Origin: an uncultured Actinomycetes bacterium
Lineage (GTDB): Bacteria; Actinomycetota; Thermoleophilia; Gaiellales; Gaiellaceae
NCBI GenBank assembly: GCA_963847235.1
Contig: CAWJYU010000011.1
Coordinates: forward strand, 9,242-73,241
DNA: 64,000 nucleotides
Reading direction: 5' to 3'
This document shows positions 57,983 through 64,000 of this stretch, one piece after another; the first letter of the stretch is position 1, and the number at the start of each line of letters is the position of its first letter. A model generated the notes under the pieces. The model did not search any database. It saw only the letters and a program-made list of their open reading frames with translations, and was not told the DNA's origin. Position numbers and translations under genes: made by a program.

Positions 57983-59456
57983 GTGCTGCGCCGCGCGACA
58001 ATCCTCTGTGGCGCCGCTCTGGTCCTGGTACTCACGGGATCCGGCGGCGTGTCCTCCGCTGTCGGCAGCGGGACCTCGAGCGCCGAGGCATTCGCGATTC
58101 AGGTTTCCGTCCCCGGCCAGGGAGGCGCGGTCGGCGGCGCGGTCTCCGGCCCGCCGGACGCCGTAGGTGTCGGCGGTGGGTTCGCCTACCCGGCGGACGG
58201 CTCGATCGCACAGGCAGGGTCGATCTCCTCCAGCGTCTCCGCCTCCGGCGCCAACGCAGACGCCTCGGTCTCCGTCTCCGGCCTCTCGCTCTTCGGCGGA
58301 GAGGTCACCGTCGGCTCGATCACCGTGAAGGCGAGCGCGAAGGCATCGCCGAAGGCGGCGTCCGGTGGGACCGGCGGCTCCTCGGTGAGCGGGATGGCCG
58401 TTGCCGGCGCTCCCGTCGCCTCGGGGGCGGGCTCGGTTCCGCTCGGCGACTGGGGAACGGCGACCATCCTCCAGCAGTCTGCGTCGCCGTACGGCTCGCG
58501 AAGAGCGCGCGGGTTCAACGCAGGAGTGACGGCTCTGCACGTCCACGTGAACGTCGAGCACGCCGGCGTGCCCGCCGGGACGGACATCGTCGTCGGCTAC
58601 GCGGATGTCGCAGCCGAGGCGCTCGAGCCACAACCGGTGGGCAGCGTCCAGGACGACACCCGACGCCCGATCAAGCCGAAGGTGAACAGGGAGCCGGCGA
58701 AGCCGCGCAAGAGCAGCGATCGGCCCGGCCGTGCCGCCGGTGCGGAGCGTGCCGACGGACGTGATCCCGCGCCTGACCGAGAGCGGCTACGTCTTCCCGG
58801 TCTACGGCGCTGCGTCGTACTCGAACACCTTCAACGCACCGCGCGCGAACACTGGCTGGCACCACGGCGAGGACATCTTCGCTCCGCTGGGCGCTCCGAT
58901 CCTCGCCGTCGCCAACGGGATCGTCTACTCGGTCGGGTGGAACGACGTCGGCGGGCTCCGCTTCTGGCTGCAGGATTCCGCCGGCAACGAGTTCTACTAC
59001 GCGCACCTCTCGGCGTTCTCGCCCCTCGCGATCAACGGCGCGCAGGTGCGTGCGGGCGACGTGATCGGCTTCATGGGGAACACGGGTGACGCCGAGCACA
59101 CGCCGTACCACCTCCACTTCGAGATCCATCCCGTCTCGCTGCTGTACCGCGGCTACGACGGAAGCGCGGTGCCGCCCTATCCGTACCTGACGGCGTGGAA
59201 GCGGCTCACCGATCTGCCGTTCGCCGCCGTGTCCGGCTGGGCGCCGCCGCTCTCGGACTCGAGCCGCGCGCCGAAGCCCGGGGCGATCCTGCTCCAGTCC
59301 CGCGACATCTCGACCGGGAGCGGCCTCGAGCCCGGCTCACTCGAGCGCGCGATGCGGGCGGAAGGCGAGTCCGGCGCCGACGCCGCGCTGGCCGGGGCCG
59401 CCCCGCGCGCGCGAGACGGCCTACGCGCGCTCGCGCGGCAGCTGAGCGGTCCCTGA
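57983..59456 (+). pseudogene. secreted M23 family metallopeptidase with an apparent +1 frameshift
   Basis: A signal peptide and Gly/Ser/Ala-rich region sit in the frame of ORF 56813..59089. The M23 core (WHHGEDIFAPLGAPILAVANG...GNTGDAEHTPYHLHFEIH) sits in ORF 58731..59456. The extra base is near 58730. Confidence 0.75.
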
Positions 59457-59462
59457 GCTGAG

Positions 59463-59879
59463 CTAGGCGGCTTTGCTGTTGCCCGAGCCGGACGGGCCCG
59501 TCGAGCCCTCGTCCCCGCCGAGCATCTTGTCCGCGATCCACTGACGAGTGGCCGGCCCGGTGACCGGGTTGAAGAGGATGCCGAGCGCGATCCCTGCGAT
59601 CAGCAGCGTCGCGTTCCGCGAGCTGTGCTCCTTCTTGCCCTGCACGCGGTTGGCAGCCTTGCGCAGATCGTCGATCGCGCTCTTCAAGCTCTCCTGGATG
59701 TCCGGGTCGGTGGCGACCCTCGTGGCGACCGCCGTCGTCGAGCGCCCGCCCAAGAGCTCGTCGTAGATGTCGCGCGCGGTTGCGATCGCGTGCTTGACGT
59801 TCTCGCGGACTTCGTCGTCCTGGAGCGCCCGAGTGACGTACGGCTTCATGTCGGAAACTCGATCTCGTGCCTTGGCCAT
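59463..59879 (-). CDS. hypothetical protein with a C-terminal TM helix
   Basis: ATG 59879 lies about 9 nt after GAAAGGA. Helical N-domain, then LLIAGIALGILFNPV. The ORF track extends to TTG 59912. Confidence 0.5.
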   Translation of the reverse strand: MAKARDRVSDMKPYVTRALQDDEVRENVKHAIATARDIYDELLGGRSTTAVATRVATDPDIQESLKSAIDDLRKAANRVQGKKEHSSRNATLLIAGIALGILFNPVTGPATRQWIADKMLGGDEGSTGPSGSGNSKAA

Positions 59880-59936
59880 TGCGGCGGCCGTCCTTTCGTT
59901 TCGCTTTTGCAAGCCAGTTACCCCCGCCGAGAGCGA

Positions 59937-62366
59937 CTAAAACTCGGCCGGTAGCGCGGCTTTTCGCTCAGGCGATCCTACTCCGCTCGGTCTGCGGGAG
60001 GGAGTCGCGCCGTCGAGCGCGACGTCCAGCACCTCGTCGACATGCTGGGCGAGGACGAACTCGAGGCCCTTGCGGGTCTCCGCCGGGAGATCCTCGAGAT
60101 CCGGCTCGTTCTCGCTCGGAAGCACGACCGTGTGCACCCCCGCGCGCTGTGCCGCGAGGACCTTGTCGCGCACGCCGCCGATCGGGAGCACCTGACCGGT
60201 CAGCGTGACCTCGCCGGTCATCGCGACATCGTCGGAGACCGGTCGACCGGTCACGAGCGAGACGATTGCGGTCACCATCGTGATGCCGGCGGACGGGCCG
60301 TCCTTCGGCACCGCTCCGGCCGGGACATGGACGTGGATGTCGTGCTCGGCGAACCACTCCGGATCCATACCGAGCTGCTCCGCGTGGGAGCGCACCCAGG
60401 AGAGCGCGGCCTCGGCGGATTCCTGCATGACCTCGCCCAGCTGGCCGGTGACCTTGAGCCGGCCACGCCCAGGGAAGGCGGTCGCCTCGATGAAGAGGAC
60501 GTCTCCGCCGACGGCAGTGACGGCGAGGCCGGTCGCGACGCCGGGATCCTCGGTCCGCTTGCGCACCTCGCCCGAGAACCGCCGCGGTCCGAGCCACGAG
60601 CGGGCCCGGCGCTCGTCGATGCGCGTGTTTCCCTTCGCCTTCCCCTCGGCCACGCGCCTCGCCGCCTTCCGGCAGAGAGCAGCGATCTGCCGCTCGAGGT
60701 TTCGGACGCCGGCCTCGCGCGTGTACTCGCGGATCACGGTGCGAAGCGCTCCTTCGGTGAAGGTCACCTGGTCGGCCGGCAGGCCGTGCGCTTCGAGCTG
60801 CTTGGTGACGAGGTACTTGCGCGCGATCCCGAGCTTCTCGTCCTCGGTGTAGCCCGAGAGCTGGATGATGTCCATCCGGTCGAGGAGCGGGGCCGGGATG
60901 GTCTCGAGCTGGTTCGCAGTGCAGATGAACAGCACCTTCGAGAGATCGAACGGCAGATCGAGATAGTGATCGCGGAAGGTCGAGTGCTGCTCGGGATCGA
61001 GGACCTCGAGCATCGCGCTGGCGGGGTCGCCGCGGAAGTCCGAGCCCATCTTGTCGATCTCGTCGATCAGGAACACCGGATTGCGCGACTCGGCGTCGCG
61101 AAGCGCGCGGATGATCGTGCCCGGCATCGCGCCGATGTAGGTGCGGCGGTGCCCGCGGATCTCCGACTCGTCGCGCACACCGCCGACCGAGATCCGCGTG
61201 TACTTGCGCTCCAGCGCACGGGCGATCGACTGGCCGAGAGACGTCTTGCCGACGCCGGGCGGGCCGACGAAGCAGAGGATCGAGCCCGAGACGTCGCCGC
61301 GCAGCTTTGCGACGGCGAGGTATTCGATGATCCGGTCCTTGACCTTCTCCAGGTCGAAGTGGTCCGCGTCGAGGACCTCACGCGCGTGGGGGAGGTCGAG
61401 GTTGTCCTCGGTGGTCTGCGACCAGGGCAGCGAGAGGATCCAGTCGATGTAGGTGCGAATGACGCCGTACTCGGCCGCGGCGGAGGGGAGGCGCTCGAGC
61501 CGGGCCAGCTCGCGGTCGACGGCCTTCCGCGTGTCCTCGGGCAGGCCGGCCGACTCGACGCGCTCACGCAGCTCGCGGATCTCTGCCTGCTCGGGGTCGC
61601 CCTCGCCGAGCTCCTCCTGGATCGCCTTCATCTGCTGGCGCAGGAAGAACTCGCGCTGGCCCTTCTCCATCTCCGACTGGACCTGCGACTGGATCTTGGT
61701 GCCGAGCTCGAAGACCTCGAGCTCGCGATTCAGGATCCGTGAGAGCTCGCGCAGCCGAGCCTCGACGTTCGCCTGCTCGAGGAGCTGCTGCTTCTCCTCG
61801 GTCCTGAGCCGCAGCGTGGAAGCGACGAGGTAGGACAGCGCGCTCGGGTCATCCACGTTCGCGGCGGCAAGCTCGAGCTCGGCCGGCAGGTACGGGACGA
61901 GGGCGACGATGCGTCCGTAGAGCATCTGCACGTTGCGGGTCAGCGCCTCGAGCTCGGGCGTCTCCTCGACGACGTCAGGGAGCTGCTCGAACTCTCCGAC
62001 GAGGTACGGGTCGTCCTGGACCCGGCGGTCGAGCCGAATGCGCTCGACGCCCTGGACGAGGATGCGGAGCGTCCCGTCCGGAACCTTGATCAGCTTGTGG
62101 ACGATCGCCGCGGTGCCGACGCCGTAGAGGTCGTCCCACCCGGGCTGCTCGACGTCCGGGCTCTTCACGGAAACCAGGGCGAGCAGCCGGTCTCCTGCGA
62201 CGACCTCGTCGATGAGCTTGATCGATCGCTCCTGGCCGATCGCCAGCGGCGTCGCCGAGTCGGGGAAGACGACGGTCTCCTTCAGCGGCAGGATCGGCAG
62301 CGCCGACGGCAGCTCGAGATCGTCCGGCGCGCTCGCCTCGGTCTGCTCGAAATCGATGTCGGTCAC
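59937..62366 (-). CDS. lon: ATP-dependent Lon protease
   Basis: GTG 62366 after CAGGAGGGA. Walker A GPPGVGKTS. Protease site KDGPSAGITM. 809 aa. Confidence 0.95.
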   Translation of the reverse strand: MTDIDFEQTEASAPDDLELPSALPILPLKETVVFPDSATPLAIGQERSIKLIDEVVAGDRLLALVSVKSPDVEQPGWDDLYGVGTAAIVHKLIKVPDGTLRILVQGVERIRLDRRVQDDPYLVGEFEQLPDVVEETPELEALTRNVQMLYGRIVALVPYLPAELELAAANVDDPSALSYLVASTLRLRTEEKQQLLEQANVEARLRELSRILNRELEVFELGTKIQSQVQSEMEKGQREFFLRQQMKAIQEELGEGDPEQAEIRELRERVESAGLPEDTRKAVDRELARLERLPSAAAEYGVIRTYIDWILSLPWSQTTEDNLDLPHAREVLDADHFDLEKVKDRIIEYLAVAKLRGDVSGSILCFVGPPGVGKTSLGQSIARALERKYTRISVGGVRDESEIRGHRRTYIGAMPGTIIRALRDAESRNPVFLIDEIDKMGSDFRGDPASAMLEVLDPEQHSTFRDHYLDLPFDLSKVLFICTANQLETIPAPLLDRMDIIQLSGYTEDEKLGIARKYLVTKQLEAHGLPADQVTFTEGALRTVIREYTREAGVRNLERQIAALCRKAARRVAEGKAKGNTRIDERRARSWLGPRRFSGEVRKRTEDPGVATGLAVTAVGGDVLFIEATAFPGRGRLKVTGQLGEVMQESAEAALSWVRSHAEQLGMDPEWFAEHDIHVHVPAGAVPKDGPSAGITMVTAIVSLVTGRPVSDDVAMTGEVTLTGQVLPIGGVRDKVLAAQRAGVHTVVLPSENEPDLEDLPAETRKGLEFVLAQHVDEVLDVALDGATPSRRPSGVGSPERKAALPAEF

Positions 62367-62794
62367 GCGTCCCTCCTGACCCGGATCGGCACCGGCCGGA
62401 CCCGCGCCTCCCGCTTTGCAATCGGGATGACGATCCGCAGCAGGCCCTTCTCGTACGTCGCCTCTGCCTGGGCAGCGTCTGCGTCTGCCGGGAGCTGCAC
62501 AACCCGCTGGAACGGGCCATATTCGATCTCCATCTGCTGATACGTGCCGCCGCCGCAGTCGGCACGGGCGCGCGCGCCGGTGATGACGAGCGCGCCTTCG
62601 GCGGTTGACACCTTGACGCGCTCGGGGTCGATTCCGGCGATGTCCATGATCACCGTGAAGGCGGGGGGATCCTCGGTACGGACGCAGTCCAGCTGCGGCC
62701 TGAATCCACGCCGAAGCCCGCCGAGCCGCGAGACCTGCCACAGGTCTGCGAACAGCTCGTCGATCTCTTCTCTCAGGTCTCTTCTACGTGGCAT
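62363..62794 (-). CDS. Hsp20/alpha-crystallin family small heat-shock protein
   Basis: Alpha-crystallin-like core ...AFTVIMDIAGIDPERVKVSTAEGALVITG...YGPFQRVVQLP...ATYEKGLLRIVIP. Its stop overlaps the lon start (GTGA). Confidence 0.85.
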   Translation of the reverse strand: MPRRRDLREEIDELFADLWQVSRLGGLRRGFRPQLDCVRTEDPPAFTVIMDIAGIDPERVKVSTAEGALVITGARARADCGGGTYQQMEIEYGPFQRVVQLPADADAAQAEATYEKGLLRIVIPIAKREARVRPVPIRVRRDA

Positions 62795-62821
62795 TCTCGG
62801 CGCCCATCGTAGCCTTGACAG

Positions 62822-62884
62822 TCCCTCCAGAGTTTCGTAACTTAGCGGGCACTAGCTTAGTGGCTACTAACACTCTGGGAGAGG
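62822..62884. promoter_or_regulatory. nested inverted repeat between hsp20-lon and the MMPL gene (candidate heat-shock operator)
   Basis: Outer repeat CCAGAGT (62827-33) / ACTCTGG (62872-78). Inner TTAGCGGGCACTAGCTTAGTGGCTACTAA (62842-70). TTGACA-17nt-TAACTT (62815-62843) points toward the MMPL gene. Confidence 0.35.
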
Positions 62885-62897
62885 GGAGGCCGGGCTG

Positions 62898-64000
62898 ATG
62901 GAGCAGTGGGCGCGCACCATGATTCGGTTTCGCTGGTTCGTCCTTGCCGCATGGCTCGTGATCGTCGTCGCCTCCGCGATGGCGTCGGCCGGGCTGAACG
63001 ACCTCCTCACGAATCGTTTCGTCCTTCCCGGCGCCGAGAGCGAGAAGGCCGGCGACATCCTCAAGGACGAGTTCGGCCAGCGGCCCGAGGGCTCGTTCTC
63101 GGTGGTCGTGAGGGGCAACCCCGGCTCCGCGCAGTCACTTGTCGAGCCCACGCGGGCCGCGGCTACCCGCGCCGCCGCCGCGCTCGAGACCGGCAAGCTC
63201 GAGGACGTCCGTCCAGTGGCCGGCGACGTCGTGACCGCACGCATCGTCTCGCAGCTCCAGCCCGCCGACGCGAAGGGCTACACGGGCGCCATGCGCGAAG
63301 CGGCCGGCGAGATCCCCGGCGCCACGCTGTATGTGACCGGCCAGTCGGCGATCGAGAGCGACCTCGAGCCGGTGCAGAACCGCGACCTGCTGGTCGGCGA
63401 GGTGTTGATCGCGATCCCGATCGCGCTCGTGATCCTCGTCTTCGTCTTCGGGACCCTGTCGTTCCTGCTCCCGTTCATGCTCGCCGCCGTCGCGATCCCG
63501 ACGACGCTCGCCTTCGTCTGGGTCTTCGCGAACTTCATGACGCTCTCGACCTACCTGACCAACATGGTCACGCTGATCGGGCTCGGGATCGCCGTCGACT
63601 ACTCGCTGCTGATGGTGCACCGGTACCGCGAGGAGCGGAAAGCGGGGCGGTCGAAGGAGGACGCCGTCGCGGTGACGATGTCCACAGCCGGCCGAGCCGT
63701 CGTCTTCAGCGGCACTGCGGTCGCGATCGGGCTGGCGCTGATGCTCTTCATGCCGCTGCCGTTCATGCGCGGCTTCGGGCTCGCGGGCCTGCTGATCCCG
63801 CTCGTCTCGGTCGCCGCCGCGATCACGCTCCTCCCCGTGCTCATGTACTGGCTCGAGGACCGCTTCGACCGCGTGCGACTCATTCCGAAGCGGGTGATCG
63901 AGCGGCGCGAGGACTCCGAGGGGAACTTCTGGGCTCGGCTCGCCGACCGGATCATGCGGCGCCCTGTCCTCTTCGCCGCAGGCACGACCGCGGCGCTGCT
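62898..64000 (+). CDS. MMPL family RND-type transporter (3' end beyond window)
   Basis: ATG 62898 after GGGAGAGGGGAGG. MEQWARTMIRFRWFVLAAWLVIVVAS...GLGIAVDYSLLMVHRYREE... The frame is open to the window end. Confidence 0.8.
   Translation, partial: MEQWARTMIRFRWFVLAAWLVIVVASAMASAGLNDLLTNRFVLPGAESEKAGDILKDEFGQRPEGSFSVVVRGNPGSAQSLVEPTRAAATRAAAALETGKLEDVRPVAGDVVTARIVSQLQPADAKGYTGAMREAAGEIPGATLYVTGQSAIESDLEPVQNRDLLVGEVLIAIPIALVILVFVFGTLSFLLPFMLAAVAIPTTLAFVWVFANFMTLSTYLTNMVTLIGLGIAVDYSLLMVHRYREERKAGRSKEDAVAVTMSTAGRAVVFSGTAVAIGLALMLFMPLPFMRGFGLAGLLIPLVSVAAAITLLPVLMYWLEDRFDRVRLIPKRVIERREDSEGNFWARLADRIMRRPVLFAAGTTAAL

Noticed and set aside
58020-58520. The Gly/Ser/Ala-rich region of the M23 peptidase gene, considered as a possible tandem DNA repeat.
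   Set aside because: It is low-complexity at protein level only. I see no exact or periodic nucleotide repeat unit.

Overview
High-G+C bacterial chromosome segment (well above 60% G+C by eye, not computed) covering the replication-origin neighbourhood. On the minus strand, rpmH-rnpA-yidD-yidC-jag-rsmG-parA-parB diverges from dnaA-dnaN-recF-DUF721(DciA-like)-gyrB-gyrA on the plus strand. The flanks are housekeeping. They hold a sugar ABC transporter, tRNA-Ile, an SPFH/NfeD pair, a peptidoglycan amidase, birA with fabZ-fabH-fabD-fabG-fabF, accD-accA and ku-ligD (NHEJ). They also hold a methyltransferase/MrfA-like helicase/YciI/YciI/ECF-sigma gene string, a TPP riboswitch with thiD-thiM-thiE-thiL, trxA, PolX, a ZIP/Zur pair, an M23 peptidase, hsp20-lon and an MMPL transporter (3' end truncated by the window). 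Gene content and order look Actinomycetota-like (inference only). I saw no CRISPR array, transposase, integrase, prophage or recognisable defence island, and I cannot point to a discrete new multi-gene system. The items worth a second look are small. They are a cluster of DnaA-box-like 9-mers immediately upstream of ku-ligD, and a 167-nt long palindrome that exactly fills the fabD-fabG spacer in a fab cluster lacking acpP. They also include twin AT-rich 21-bp palindromes at the ligD 3' end, a duplicated hairpin module next to tRNA-Ile, a CIRCE/HAIR-like inverted repeat upstream of hsp20-lon, and an arginase-fold protein with a Cys-rich first metal motif. Caveat: I count at least 15 single-base frame disruptions in 8 genes, 13 of them +1. 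They are strongly clustered, with 7 in one MFS gene and 3 frame-restoring ones within 95 nt of ligD. Consensus quality is therefore suspect, and these pseudogene calls are provisional. Coordinates of non-ORF features were read by hand and may be off by 1-2 nt.
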